Of a stretch of DNA of 64,000 nucleotides, positions 28,917-38,877 are shown in pieces. Each line of letters begins with the position of its first letter. Position 1 is the stretch's first letter. Position numbers and translations under genes: made by a program. The notes beneath the pieces were generated by a model, which worked only from the letters and a program-made list of their open reading frames with translations, made no database searches and was not told the origin of the DNA. The DNA comes from Candidatus Latescibacterota bacterium (GTDB taxonomy: Bacteria; Latescibacterota; UBA2968), in the NCBI GenBank assembly GCA_965116885.1, contig OZ220741.1, positions 3,392,001 to 3,456,000 on the forward strand, given 5' to 3'.

Positions 28917-29633
28917 TCAGGTCAGTTTTTCGACCAGATCATCGTAGTCAGATGCGCTTACATCGAAGGTCTCAAGGGGCATAGTAGGCTCATCAGTCGG
29001 AAAGACCCTCCACCAGTCGTTTTCCCGATGTACGTATGCGGTTTTCAGGCCTGCGTCTTTGGCTCCCTTGAGATCGTTCGCATGCGCCGCTACCATCATC
29101 ACCTCATCTGGTGCGCAACCGAGGAGTTCAGCAGCCTGTTGATAAGCTCGCGTGTCTGTTTTATATCGTTCAAGAAATTCGCACGATAATATACCGTCCC
29201 AATTGAGGCTATTGTATTTAGAGCAATCTACGGCAATTGCGAAACTCAATACGGTCAATATGATGACTGAATAATGATCTCGCAATTTGTGTATTGCGCC
29301 AACGGCATCTGGCCAGGTCTTCATCCTGTGCCACACCAGATTCAGGTCGTCTCTTTCCTTCACTGAAAGATGAATGGTGTTGTAATTCTCGAGAATGTTG
29401 TCAAGTACGAGCCGATGAATAGCATCAGCGTTCATCTTTGGCAACTCATCTGTTTTTACTCGCGCCAACATCTCAAACATACCACTGCGCCAGTCTGTGG
29501 CGAACTGACGTACGTCAAACTTTACACCTTTTTTTGCTGACAATGCGCGGAGTTCAGCCTCAATTGTCCCTCTCCAATCAAAAACAGTACCTCCCACATC
29601 GAATGTAAGTGCTTTTACACCTGGATACTTCAT
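28917..29633 (-). CDS. Haloacid dehalogenase type II-like HAD hydrolase
   Basis: FDVGGTVFDW; YK..RAY; MVAAHANDL. Confidence 0.85.
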   Translation of the reverse strand: MKYPGVKALTFDVGGTVFDWRGTIEAELRALSAKKGVKFDVRQFATDWRSGMFEMLARVKTDELPKMNADAIHRLVLDNILENYNTIHLSVKERDDLNLVWHRMKTWPDAVGAIHKLRDHYSVIILTVLSFAIAVDCSKYNSLNWDGILSCEFLERYKTDTRAYQQAAELLGCAPDEVMMVAAHANDLKGAKDAGLKTAYVHRENDWWRVFPTDEPTMPLETFDVSASDYDDLVEKLT

Positions 29634-30943
29634 TGTTGACTCCTTGTATCTTCGACTCGAAGAGCATCCGTTATTTGGCCCTCTCTCTCAGCTCGAAAGT
29701 TTATAGATTTGCCATCTTTAACGGTGAAAGTCACCGTGTAATACGGATCGTTAGAAAAAAAGAAGGTGTGATTTCCTATGGCTCTAAGTGGACGACCACC
29801 TACTCTGAGTGTACCTTCTGCAACTGATACTGGGAATGGCAGGGGTGCCATAGTTGACCCCCACTTGTAAGTTCCCGTATAGATTGCGAGGTTATCTTCT
29901 GACACATGGATTTCATCAATTACGATTTCAGGAATCCTCAACATCAGGCGTGAAATTTGACTTTCAAGTTGTGCCTGTGGCGCAGAGTTGAGATTGCACA
30001 ATACAGTGACTGTAAGATCATCATCGGGGTAAGCAGATAATTGAGCACGAAATCCGTTTATGGTTCCGCCATGCTCAATTTTGCGATGCCCGTTGAGATT
30101 GCTCATGAAAAAACCATATCCGTATGTAGTTTGTTTTCCATTCCTTAAAAGACCTGGCTCAATCATTTTATTATAACTTTGTCGTGATATGAGTTGATTC
30201 TCGTTTAGTGCAGTCTGCCATTTCAGCAGGTCCAATACACTGGAACCCAATGAGCCGCCAGAGAATGGGTTATCCATGCCGAGGGGACGCGCCAAAACAA
30301 ATTCATTATCCTTATGGTCATAACCTGTTGCAATATTCATGATAGGTTTGATTTTTCCCAAATAGTGAGTGTCAAACATTTCCAAAGGTTGCCATACGTT
30401 CGCTTTGAGAAAGTCAGCATAGCTCATACCAGATACATTTTCGATTATCAAGCCCAGGAGGTAATACCCTGAGTTATTGTACTGGTAATTTTCACCTGGA
30501 GAGAATTCAACGGGTTCTGCTGAAAACAGACCAACGACCTCCTGCCGGGAAAGATCGCGTTCAGATATTTCCCAAAATCTCTCAATATCTGTATAGCTTT
30601 TGATGCCCGATGTATGGTTGAGAAGCTGATCAATCGTGACCTTATGATCTCTTTGGGGATAATTGGGCAGATAGTCCAGCATAATATCATTCAATTTCAC
30701 CTTGCCCTGTTCAACAAGAATCATGATGGCGAGGGCCGTAAACTGTTTCGTTATTGAGCCAATTCGGTAAACAGTATGTTCAGTAGCTTCTACTTTTTTA
30801 TTTAAATCTGCGTAGCCATATCCCCGCGCAAGAATGACCTCATTGTCGCGCATAACACCCACTGATGCCCCCACCAATTGGGTCTCATTTATCGCATTTT
30901 CTATAATTGCATCAATCTGATCTTGAATGGTTACGTCTGGCAT
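29630..30943 (-). CDS. Serine hydrolase (beta-lactamase/AmpC family)
   Basis: SxxK GSITK; LLNHTSG; YNN; HGG. Confidence 0.9.
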   Translation of the reverse strand: MPDVTIQDQIDAIIENAINETQLVGASVGVMRDNEVILARGYGYADLNKKVEATEHTVYRIGSITKQFTALAIMILVEQGKVKLNDIMLDYLPNYPQRDHKVTIDQLLNHTSGIKSYTDIERFWEISERDLSRQEVVGLFSAEPVEFSPGENYQYNNSGYYLLGLIIENVSGMSYADFLKANVWQPLEMFDTHYLGKIKPIMNIATGYDHKDNEFVLARPLGMDNPFSGGSLGSSVLDLLKWQTALNENQLISRQSYNKMIEPGLLRNGKQTTYGYGFFMSNLNGHRKIEHGGTINGFRAQLSAYPDDDLTVTVLCNLNSAPQAQLESQISRLMLRIPEIVIDEIHVSEDNLAIYTGTYKWGSTMAPLPFPVSVAEGTLRVGGRPLRAIGNHTFFFSNDPYYTVTFTVKDGKSINFRAEREGQITDALRVEDTRSQQ

Positions 30944-30958
30944 GAATTCACCATTTTT

Positions 30959-31765
30959 TTAATTCATACGACGAGTTCTTGCGACAAGAATCGGGGGGAT
31001 TTCGCCAAAATTTGTCCAGGAGAGTGATCGTTTTTCATTGGGTTTTGATTCAAAGACCGGTTCTTCCAAGCCATCGATCACAAAGCCAGCGTCAAAGCAG
31101 CTTTGAAAAAGCTGACTCAATGGTCTGTGAAAATAACGTGTGGGTACCGGCTGACCTTTTATACCAAGACCACGATACGTAGTGGGTGTGATATAAGTTG
31201 AAGTTTTGATTGAGTGACGAACTTCGATTTCACCGTCACAGTCTTCTTCCTCAACCATTTTAACTGCTCCTGGTGATTGAAAACAAGGATGTGCCAATGA
31301 GAAGACGAAACGTCCCTGCAATTTCAATATGGAACTTAAGGCGGCAAATAGGGGCTGGAGGGTGGCCATATCCATAAAAGCCTGGTTGCATACCACCGCG
31401 TCAAAATGATTTTCACCGAGACCGAGTAATTGGGTCCTATCAGTTGCATCGATGACTCGATATGTGATTCTGTCAGCTTGATTGGTCGTTCGCTTCCTGG
31501 CCTGAGTAATAAATGTTTTGCTAAAATCAATTGCCACAACTTCTGCACCTAATGTGGCAAGTCGTCGAGAAAAATTGCCGTTTCCACAAGCAACATCCAG
31601 AACCACTTCCCCCGGCTTTATGGCAAGCAGCCTTTCGACGGTCGGCCGAATAAGCTGATTGTGAAAATGGTTGCCTTCCCCAATATACTCATCCCAAAAG
31701 GCAGCATTCTGATCCCAAAACTCACGTGTTTCGGATGTTAGCTCTGGCCATTCTGAAGTGCTCAT
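30959..31765 (-). CDS. Class I SAM-dependent methyltransferase
   Basis: VLDVACGNG; FVFSLAHPCF; FHRPLS. Confidence 0.9.
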   Translation of the reverse strand: MSTSEWPELTSETREFWDQNAAFWDEYIGEGNHFHNQLIRPTVERLLAIKPGEVVLDVACGNGNFSRRLATLGAEVVAIDFSKTFITQARKRTTNQADRITYRVIDATDRTQLLGLGENHFDAVVCNQAFMDMATLQPLFAALSSILKLQGRFVFSLAHPCFQSPGAVKMVEEEDCDGEIEVRHSIKTSTYITPTTYRGLGIKGQPVPTRYFHRPLSQLFQSCFDAGFVIDGLEEPVFESKPNEKRSLSWTNFGEIPPILVARTRRMN

Positions 31766-31788
31766 AGTTTATCCTTTTAGCTGTTATT

Positions 31789-32913
31789 CTATTTCCCATT
31801 ATCTGTTTCGCCGATCGCAGGCAACACATGACCAATTGCGATCCGGAATGCCTGATTGGCTACAGATGAGCCGTAGTTGCCACCCGTGAAGACGATGACC
31901 AAAGACAACTCTGGGATGGCGAAGATGAACTGACCGCCGTTTCCTTCGGCAGCAAGAACGTCAACTGATCGCCCGCGGTATGGAAAATGATCGAGCCACC
32001 AACCGAAACCATATCGGTCGTTGCTGTAATGCCCCTTCGCCGACTCGCTGATCCAGGCTGCCGATACTACCTGCCTACCGTGAAAACGCCCGTTATCCAC
32101 ATAGAGTTGGCCGATCTTGGCCATGTCGCGCGGACTGAGTCGCAAGCCAGCATGCGTTTGGGGCAAGCCATTTTTGGTGTACCACCATTCTGAGTGATCT
32201 ATTCCGAGCGGCGCAAAGAGATATTTATCTGCGAATTTGTCCACATGCATACCCGATGCCCGCTTGATTACGCCAGCGAGCAAGATGAAGCAACCGCTGT
32301 TGTAGTTGAATCGTGAACCTGGTTCGTCCGACAGTTCTCTGGAAAGCACATACTCTATAAAGTCGCTGGCGTTCTCCATCTGCGCTTCGGAATTGAGAGA
32401 ACCCGGCTCGGAGCTATGTGTACCAGATTGATCCCAGTTGAATCCGGCGGTCATCGTCAGTAGGTGCTTCAGGGTAATTCGCCCTTTTTCCTCCGTCAGG
32501 TGGTGGGCATACTCTGAAAAAAAACGAGCCATTGGCATATCCACAGAATCAATATATCCACGATCAATGGCGATGCCGATTAGTGTAGATGTGATGCTCT
32601 TGGTAACGGATCGTGTATCATGCAGGGTTTGCTCGCCGAACTCGACCACGCCCCTCGCACCATCTGTGCCGGTGTAATACGCTTCGAATACCAGCTTGCC
32701 ATTTCTGACGATCAGAAAGCTATGGATGTTCTTATACGCCTGGCTGCGTATCTGGTTTGCAACCTGAACAATCGGTTCTGGATTGATCCCCTCCGATTCA
32801 AGTGTTGATAAGGGCCAGTCATCGGGTAGGGTAGATTCGCTGGTTTCTTGTGCCATTGCGACGCTGGGAAGGCAAACGAACCATAGGAATAGGGCTAAAG
32901 CTGGCTTTAACAT
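31789..32913 (-). CDS. Exported serine hydrolase (beta-lactamase/6-aminohexanoate-dimer hydrolase-like)
   Basis: Signal peptide; RSVTKS; LLTMTAG; FNYNSG; GNGGQ. Confidence 0.9.
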   Translation of the reverse strand: MLKPALALFLWFVCLPSVAMAQETSESTLPDDWPLSTLESEGINPEPIVQVANQIRSQAYKNIHSFLIVRNGKLVFEAYYTGTDGARGVVEFGEQTLHDTRSVTKSITSTLIGIAIDRGYIDSVDMPMARFFSEYAHHLTEEKGRITLKHLLTMTAGFNWDQSGTHSSEPGSLNSEAQMENASDFIEYVLSRELSDEPGSRFNYNSGCFILLAGVIKRASGMHVDKFADKYLFAPLGIDHSEWWYTKNGLPQTHAGLRLSPRDMAKIGQLYVDNGRFHGRQVVSAAWISESAKGHYSNDRYGFGWWLDHFPYRGRSVDVLAAEGNGGQFIFAIPELSLVIVFTGGNYGSSVANQAFRIAIGHVLPAIGETDNGK

Positions 32914-32925
32914 GTGGAATCTCTA

Positions 32926-33564
32926 CTACGTATTTTCGACTCGAAAACCACTAACGAATTCGCGAATCATCCAAAGATGCTGATCTGGTTTATAAAGCGT
33001 TTGAATGTATCCTGTATCCCCAAAAGAAAATTCAATACCCTGACCACTGACTGGTGGCTGTGCACCAACTATGCATCGCAACGCGGCATTTAAAATACCT
33101 CCGTGTGCGACCACCAAGTAGTGCCCTCTTCCCAGTCTGATCACTTTCTCCAGCGCCCGTGCGGCTCGACAGTGAAATGCCCAGGCGCTCTCCCCTGCAT
33201 CTGCACTTACAACATGGGGTTGAAAGGGGTTGTGAAAATCAGGTAATGGATACTTGGCTCTAGCGACCTGATGTGACAAACCCGCAATCGGACCATTATC
33301 CTTTTCCATCCAGTCTTCATCGAACTCGACACCTATACTCAGGATCTTGCCCACAATTTGGGCTGTCTCGCAGGCACGCTTTAATGGACTCGCAATAATC
33401 CTGTCAAATTTGATCTTTCTCGCCTTCAGTTCCTTTGCCCGGACTTCAGCTTGTTCACGACCCACGTCTGTAAGAGGTGCATCATATCGGCCCTCAATGA
33501 CATTCTCGTCATCTGCGCGAGAGCGTCCGTGGCGCATGAACATAATCTTGATATCACCATTCAT
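32926..33564 (-). CDS. Histidine phosphatase (phosphoglycerate mutase family)
   Basis: RHG; SPLKRACETA; VVAHGG. Confidence 0.92.
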   Translation of the reverse strand: MNGDIKIMFMRHGRSRADDENVIEGRYDAPLTDVGREQAEVRAKELKARKIKFDRIIASPLKRACETAQIVGKILSIGVEFDEDWMEKDNGPIAGLSHQVARAKYPLPDFHNPFQPHVVSADAGESAWAFHCRAARALEKVIRLGRGHYLVVAHGGILNAALRCIVGAQPPVSGQGIEFSFGDTGYIQTLYKPDQHLWMIREFVSGFRVENT

Positions 33565-33692
33565 AAAATAACTCCATCATCAATGCTTTTTCGCCATTGA
33601 GGGATATGTTCGGGTTCGCATCGTAGAACGAAATCAACATTTCCACTATCCGTTTTTGCATAGATATAGTAATTGCGATTCTCTATATTCAT
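33561..33692 (-). CDS. 43-aa small ORF or gene remnant
   Basis: MNIENRNYYIYAKTDSGNVDFVLRCEPEHIPQWRKSIDDGVIL*; stop overlaps next start (ATGA). Confidence 0.4.
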   Translation of the reverse strand: MNIENRNYYIYAKTDSGNVDFVLRCEPEHIPQWRKSIDDGVIL

Positions 33693-33731
33693 GCGTACCG
33701 TAGCTATTCACGCTATTAGCCGGAGGCCCAT

Positions 33732-34394
33732 CTACAAGTCATCTCTTTTGATGGCGAAGAAAAATGGGTGAACCTCTTCCGGCGCATTAGCACTTTTGGA
33801 TCCTCCTCCTATGGTACCTTCCCGTTCAATCTGAAACCCAGTTTCAGTGAGAAAATTCTTGTAGGTCGAGGGGCCAAAGTTGCTCCAGTACATGGTCTCG
33901 CCGAAGAAGTCATCTTCGGTATATCCCGGCCCATCGTCGTACCTTGCAACCGTAAATAGAAGGAGGCCGCCGGGCCGAAGCCATTGTGCAAATCTACGAA
34001 AGAGGTCCTGGTGCTCCTGTCTCGGGATATGGAATATGGCGTAAAAGCTGATAATTGCATCGAAGCTACCTGCGGGGAATTCGGTCTCCATTACGTCGGC
34101 GATGATGAATTTGGCTGCAGGGACGTTTTTATTAGCTAAAGCGATCATGTTAGAGGAGATGTCGATCCCCGTGAGGCTGAACGTCTCTGCAAGATGCTGT
34201 GCAACCGGGATACCAGCGCCACATCCAACGTCAAGGACCTTTGAGTCAGGTATCAGATGTTTAGTTATCAAGTCGAGCTCCGCTTCAGGCGTGGTACGTC
34301 TTTGCCCAGCGTAATCCCTCGCACACCGGTTATAGGCGTTTCTTACCAGTTCCCGATAATCGGTCTCTGGATCGTTAGCAATCTTGAATGGCAT
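33732..34394 (-). CDS. Class I SAM-dependent methyltransferase
   Basis: VLDVGCGAG; FYAIFHIPR; WLRPGG. Confidence 0.9.
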   Translation of the reverse strand: MPFKIANDPETDYRELVRNAYNRCARDYAGQRRTTPEAELDLITKHLIPDSKVLDVGCGAGIPVAQHLAETFSLTGIDISSNMIALANKNVPAAKFIIADVMETEFPAGSFDAIISFYAIFHIPRQEHQDLFRRFAQWLRPGGLLLFTVARYDDGPGYTEDDFFGETMYWSNFGPSTYKNFLTETGFQIEREGTIGGGSKSANAPEEVHPFFFAIKRDDL

Positions 34395-34428
34395 GGGTCT
34401 CCTTTGTAATCTGAGTTATGTGTTTCCT

Positions 34429-35337
34429 CTATCCGGTTCCGACGAGCACAAGCCCTGTGAAGATGATGGCGGTCCCGAGATATTTGGGCGTGTAGCCGGG
34501 TTCTTTGAGAAGTAGGATACCGAAAATAGTACCCAGGGGAATGCTGATCTGGCGAAAAGTAACGACATAGCTGACGTTTGAGACAAAGGCCAGGCTGATC
34601 AGGACCAGAGTATAAGCGACGGCCATGCCAGCACCCGCCAGCAGGGCGCGAGATGCCCGCGTTTTCAGGATTTCCCACATAAGAATGCGACCGCGTTTTT
34701 GAAATAGAACCCAAATGCCCAGCCAGAGGGAGGTAATGAGGCCTTCGAAAAAGGCATAGAGGATCGTAGCCTGCCAGCCTGCAATGGGAAGGGCGGGAGT
34801 ATCTCTGAGGAAGCGCAAAGCCTCGTCGTCGATGATCGAATAACCGGCTGAGGCGAAGGCGGCCATCAATGCAAACAATACCGATGAAGTCAGGTAGTTG
34901 TCAATATGGAAATCACTCAGATGCTTCATGGGCAGGATAAACATCCCAATGACAACCAGGGCAATGCCCCAAATGCACTGTGCGCTGACCTGGTCGGCAC
35001 GGTCAAAAAAAAGCGTCACGATGATGACCACGATGACCGGGGATGACCGGGCGATGGGGTAGAGGATGGACAGGTCTCCTCTCTGGTAGGCGTTGGCCAA
35101 GCCGAGGATATAGATGGTCTGAAAAATACCTGTTGCGATGAGCAAGAGCCATACGGAGGTAGGGAATGTGGGAATTGTCGAACCGAATAGGATGAGTGCA
35201 GGAATCAGGCACAGAGTCCCAAATGTGTTGACCAGGAGGAAGAAGGCGGAGGACGGGTGTTCCCGCTTACACAACAGGTTCCAGCCTACGTGAGTGAAGG
35301 CGGAGATGAGGATGAGGATGACGGCGGTGAGGGTCAT
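34429..35337 (-). CDS. EamA/DMT family transporter
   Basis: About 10 hydrophobic helices; SAFTHVGWNLL; GDLSILYPIARSSP; LLKE. Confidence 0.85.
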   Translation of the reverse strand: MTLTAVILILISAFTHVGWNLLCKREHPSSAFFLLVNTFGTLCLIPALILFGSTIPTFPTSVWLLLIATGIFQTIYILGLANAYQRGDLSILYPIARSSPVIVVIIVTLFFDRADQVSAQCIWGIALVVIGMFILPMKHLSDFHIDNYLTSSVLFALMAAFASAGYSIIDDEALRFLRDTPALPIAGWQATILYAFFEGLITSLWLGIWVLFQKRGRILMWEILKTRASRALLAGAGMAVAYTLVLISLAFVSNVSYVVTFRQISIPLGTIFGILLLKEPGYTPKYLGTAIIFTGLVLVGTG

Positions 35338-35365
35338 GGCGGTATTGTAGGAATATCCGAGGTAT

Positions 35366-36631
35366 TCAGACCTCTGCCAACTCGAACTCACCCTCAAATG
35401 CAGTTAAGGATGCCTGCATTTCACCTGATAATGCCTTCGAGTTAGACGATTCCGCCAGGTTTCTGGTTTCCCAGGGATCCGCTTCCATATCGAAGAGCTG
35501 GATGACTGGATCGCCCTGATATGTAATGAGCTTATGTGTGTTGGTGCGGAGCATTTTACCGCCTCCGGTGGCGTGTGCAACCACAAAATCCCGCCAAGCT
35601 GGATTTTTCCCCTCAGCAATCGCACGCAGGCTGTATCCCCGCATCATAGGGGGCGGCGAGATCCCGGCATAATCACAAACTGTCGGAAACACATCTACGC
35701 CCGATACGAGATGCTCCTGGTCGATTACCTGTTCTTTGATGTGACCGGGCCAGCTCATGATAAAGGGCACTCGCACAGCCTCATCGTATAGAAAGCTCTT
35801 AAAGACCATCTTGTGTCGAATATGCCCATCCCCATGGTCGGACGTAAGGATCACGACCGTATTTTCCTTAAACGCTGAGTTCTCGAGCGCGTCCAGGATC
35901 AAGCCGATCTGCCCATCCACCTTTTCAATGTAGCGGTAGTAGGTCCAGATATAGTACCGGTAGAGTTTCTCCTCCCACTTTTCCATACCTGATTCTTCGC
36001 CTCGATCTGCCAGTTTCTGATTCCGAGAGCTTATGATTTTTTCCGGTTCCGCCATGTTTGTCTCGAAATTGGGAGGCAGCGGAGGAAGGTCGTCAATCTC
36101 GGGGAACGGCATTTTCCCATCGTGCATCGTATGCGTCAGTACGAAAGAGCAGATATCGTGCGGATTCAAGAGTCCGACTGACAGGAAGAAGGGCTCTTTC
36201 TCCTGGTAGTTCTGGAGAAATCCGATCGCACTGCGGGTCGAAGCAATGTCTCCGGTCTCTGCCGTATTCCGCGGATCGGGGCAGATATGGTGGAAACTCT
36301 GTGCGACATCTCTGCCGGGAATATGCCATTTTCCGCTGTAGTAGGCGTTGTAACCATTTTTGTTCAGCCATTGTCCAAGGTCCGGCATGGTCGGAACCAT
36401 GTTGGCACCATTGGCCACGACTCCGTTTTCGGGGGTGTGGCGTCCGGTAAACCAACTCGCACGCGCCGGACAGCAGACTGGATTGGCGCTATAGGATTTT
36501 GTAAAGCTGATTCCCCTTGCTGCAAGCCGGTCCATACCGGGTGTCTTCACGTCATTGCATCCCAGATGTCCAAGGGCTTCCGCGCTATGCTGGTCGGTCG
36601 TAATCAGAAGAATATTCGGTCTCTGTTCCAT
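35366..36631 (-). CDS. Sulfatase (Cys-type)
   Basis: RPNILLITTDQ; CCPAR (CxPxR); GKWH; TSDHG. Confidence 0.93.
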   Translation of the reverse strand: MEQRPNILLITTDQHSAEALGHLGCNDVKTPGMDRLAARGISFTKSYSANPVCCPARASWFTGRHTPENGVVANGANMVPTMPDLGQWLNKNGYNAYYSGKWHIPGRDVAQSFHHICPDPRNTAETGDIASTRSAIGFLQNYQEKEPFFLSVGLLNPHDICSFVLTHTMHDGKMPFPEIDDLPPLPPNFETNMAEPEKIISSRNQKLADRGEESGMEKWEEKLYRYYIWTYYRYIEKVDGQIGLILDALENSAFKENTVVILTSDHGDGHIRHKMVFKSFLYDEAVRVPFIMSWPGHIKEQVIDQEHLVSGVDVFPTVCDYAGISPPPMMRGYSLRAIAEGKNPAWRDFVVAHATGGGKMLRTNTHKLITYQGDPVIQLFDMEADPWETRNLAESSNSKALSGEMQASLTAFEGEFELAEV

Positions 36632-36634
36632 CGC

Positions 36635-37354
36635 TTATGACGCCTCCCTCTTGAGAATCACTGTCCGACGCGTACTTACCACGAGAAATAATCTTCCATT
36701 CGCATCTACATAATAACAGGTGGGAATAACGGATTCTCCATAGTGGCAATACACATCTGCAGTCACAGCACTTTGATCTGTTGTGATCTCCGATGTCCCG
36801 CGATAAATTAGAAACTGGTTTTCCCGGATCATCGAGAACTCTTCTATCAGGTCAAATGTGTGCTTTGCAGTGTCCTTTCTGGCACTTAGTCGCTGGACTG
36901 CATCAAAAAGACACCAGTCGGCGGTATAGGGCCCAAGCGTTTTTGAGCGCACAGGCTCTTTGCCATCCATCAAAAGTCGGCTATTTTGGATTTCCCCTTT
37001 CTGGGTGTATCCAACCAGTCCTTTTCCCGCCAGGCTCCCGTTGGAATACTTCAGCGTCCAGGTCTTTGGAGATGTGAGTGCGTTGTTCTCGCATTGTGCA
37101 TTAATTTTTGTCGTGTTATCGAACTTAAGGTCCGAGCAGGTGATTCCCAAATGACGGTCTTCACCTTCATTCCTGGCGGAAATCCTGAGTGTAGCTTCAG
37201 GTTCGTGAGACCTGCTCCCTCGCTTCGTCCGTATATTCATCCAGTAGATGTCGTATGTCTGCTCTCCCGGTGTCTCCGGATCAAAGGTTTCGGCAGGCAA
37301 ACCGTATTTGTTCAATACCCTCTTTGTGTGGATATACTCCCATGGCTCAGCCAT
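36635..37354 (-). CDS. Hypothetical protein
   Basis: 239 aa ORF with SD AAAGGAG, 3 nt from the sulfatase start. Confidence 0.6.
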   Translation of the reverse strand: MAEPWEYIHTKRVLNKYGLPAETFDPETPGEQTYDIYWMNIRTKRGSRSHEPEATLRISARNEGEDRHLGITCSDLKFDNTTKINAQCENNALTSPKTWTLKYSNGSLAGKGLVGYTQKGEIQNSRLLMDGKEPVRSKTLGPYTADWCLFDAVQRLSARKDTAKHTFDLIEEFSMIRENQFLIYRGTSEITTDQSAVTADVYCHYGESVIPTCYYVDANGRLFLVVSTRRTVILKREAS

Positions 37355-37438
37355 TACCGTGCTCCTTTCTAAGAAAGGCTTTCAATGAACGACATGCAGA
37401 TTCTACGACATACTGAAGGGAAGAGCAAGCATCATCTG

Positions 37439-37481
37439 GTAGGGATTTCGAAAGAGGGTTGGAAAACGCTCTATGCCCTAC
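37439..37481. repeat. Intergenic stem-loop bounded by GTAGGG/CCCTAC (REP-like)
   Basis: GTAGGG...AGAGGGTT-GGAA-AACGCTCT...CCCTAC; single copy in window. Confidence 0.35.
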
Positions 37482-37492
37482 TTTGGCTGGGC

Positions 37493-37521
37493 TTGACCTG
37501 CAAAGGCTAAGTTGCTATTGT
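37493..37521 (+). promoter_or_regulatory. Sigma70-type promoter of plus-strand sulfatase
   Basis: TTGACC-17nt-TATTGT with extended TG. Confidence 0.55.
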
Positions 37522-37554
37522 ATCGGGACGCGAATTGTACTGCAGGAGCGACTG

Positions 37555-38877
37555 ATGATGTCGAATGAAAAGCCGAATGTGCTGGTGATTCAGCCCGACC
37601 AGCACCGCGGAACTGTGATGGGTTGTGCTGGTGACTCGCAGGTGAAAACGCCGAATCTGGACCGCCTTGCGTCGGAGGGGATTCGGTTCTCGCGCTGCGC
37701 CTCGTCCAGCCCTGTGTGTTCCCCCTTTCGGGGGACGATGCAGACCGGATTGTATTGCCATACCCACGGCGTGGATAGGAACAGTATTCTGCTGGATCCC
37801 GAGTTGATCACGTTCGCCGACCTGTTTGCGGACGCCGGATACGCCACAGGCTATATCGGAAAGTGGCATCTGGATGGGGGCAAGCCCAGGGGAGGCGGTG
37901 GATTTATTGAGCCAGGTCCCAGGCGAGCGGGGTGGCAGGAATGGCACGGATACCAGAAGGGACACAAGTTTTTCGAAGTCTGGGACTACGACGAGAATCG
38001 CGAGAGGGTGCGGATCGAAGGCTACGACTGGGAGCCGACGTGGCATACGGATATGGCTCTGGACTTTGCAAAACGAAATCGCGACGCCGGTCGTCCATGG
38101 CTTTACTATTTGGGATATGGCCCGCCGCACAAGCCCGAACAGTGCCCGCAGAAGTACCTGGATATGTACGATCCGGATACCTTTGAATTGCCGGATGATG
38201 TGAAGGGGCGATTCGGAGATCGGGAACACGAGCTTCGGTGGCTTTACCAGATGTATTACGGTCAGGTAACGGCGGTGGATGTGGAGATCGGACGTGTGAT
38301 GGACGGCCTGGAGGAACTGGGAATTGCAGACAATACGATCGTGGTCTATGTAAGTGATCACGGCGACAGGCTGGGCAGTCACTGCGAACCCGATGAGCAT
38401 AACTTTCGAGGCAAGGGAAGTCCTTTTGCGACCGCGTTTCGCATTCCGTTCATTGTGCGATGGCCCAATCGCATTGAGCCAAATCAGGTGTGTGACGCGC
38501 TAGTGAGCAGCGTGGATCTCACGCCCACGATTCTGGACCTGGCGGGATTGGGGATTCCCGATGTGATGCAGGGCGACAGTATGGCGAACTGGTGCCTGGA
38601 GGAGAAAGGCGTGGAGAACGAGTGTGTATATATGGGACTCCGCGGCGCGACCCAGCCCGGTGGATGGCGTGCCGTATGGGATGGCCGCTATGTGTTTTCA
38701 CCAGGGATTTACAATGTCCTGTATGACCATGAATCCGATCCGCTGGAGATGGAAAATCTCATCGACGCGCCACAGATTTCGGGTGAGAAGAAGCGGTTAG
38801 AGGGGCTACTCGTACAGATGGCCGAGAGGACGGGAGATCCGATGCTGCAGGAGGTGAAGGGGCTTTGCGATGTGTGA
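37555..38877 (+). CDS. Sulfatase (Cys-type)
   Basis: Start reassigned after SD AGGAG; KPNVLVIQPDQHR; CSPFR; GKWHL; SDHG. Confidence 0.93.
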   Translation: MMSNEKPNVLVIQPDQHRGTVMGCAGDSQVKTPNLDRLASEGIRFSRCASSSPVCSPFRGTMQTGLYCHTHGVDRNSILLDPELITFADLFADAGYATGYIGKWHLDGGKPRGGGGFIEPGPRRAGWQEWHGYQKGHKFFEVWDYDENRERVRIEGYDWEPTWHTDMALDFAKRNRDAGRPWLYYLGYGPPHKPEQCPQKYLDMYDPDTFELPDDVKGRFGDREHELRWLYQMYYGQVTAVDVEIGRVMDGLEELGIADNTIVVYVSDHGDRLGSHCEPDEHNFRGKGSPFATAFRIPFIVRWPNRIEPNQVCDALVSSVDLTPTILDLAGLGIPDVMQGDSMANWCLEEKGVENECVYMGLRGATQPGGWRAVWDGRYVFSPGIYNVLYDHESDPLEMENLIDAPQISGEKKRLEGLLVQMAERTGDPMLQEVKGLCDV

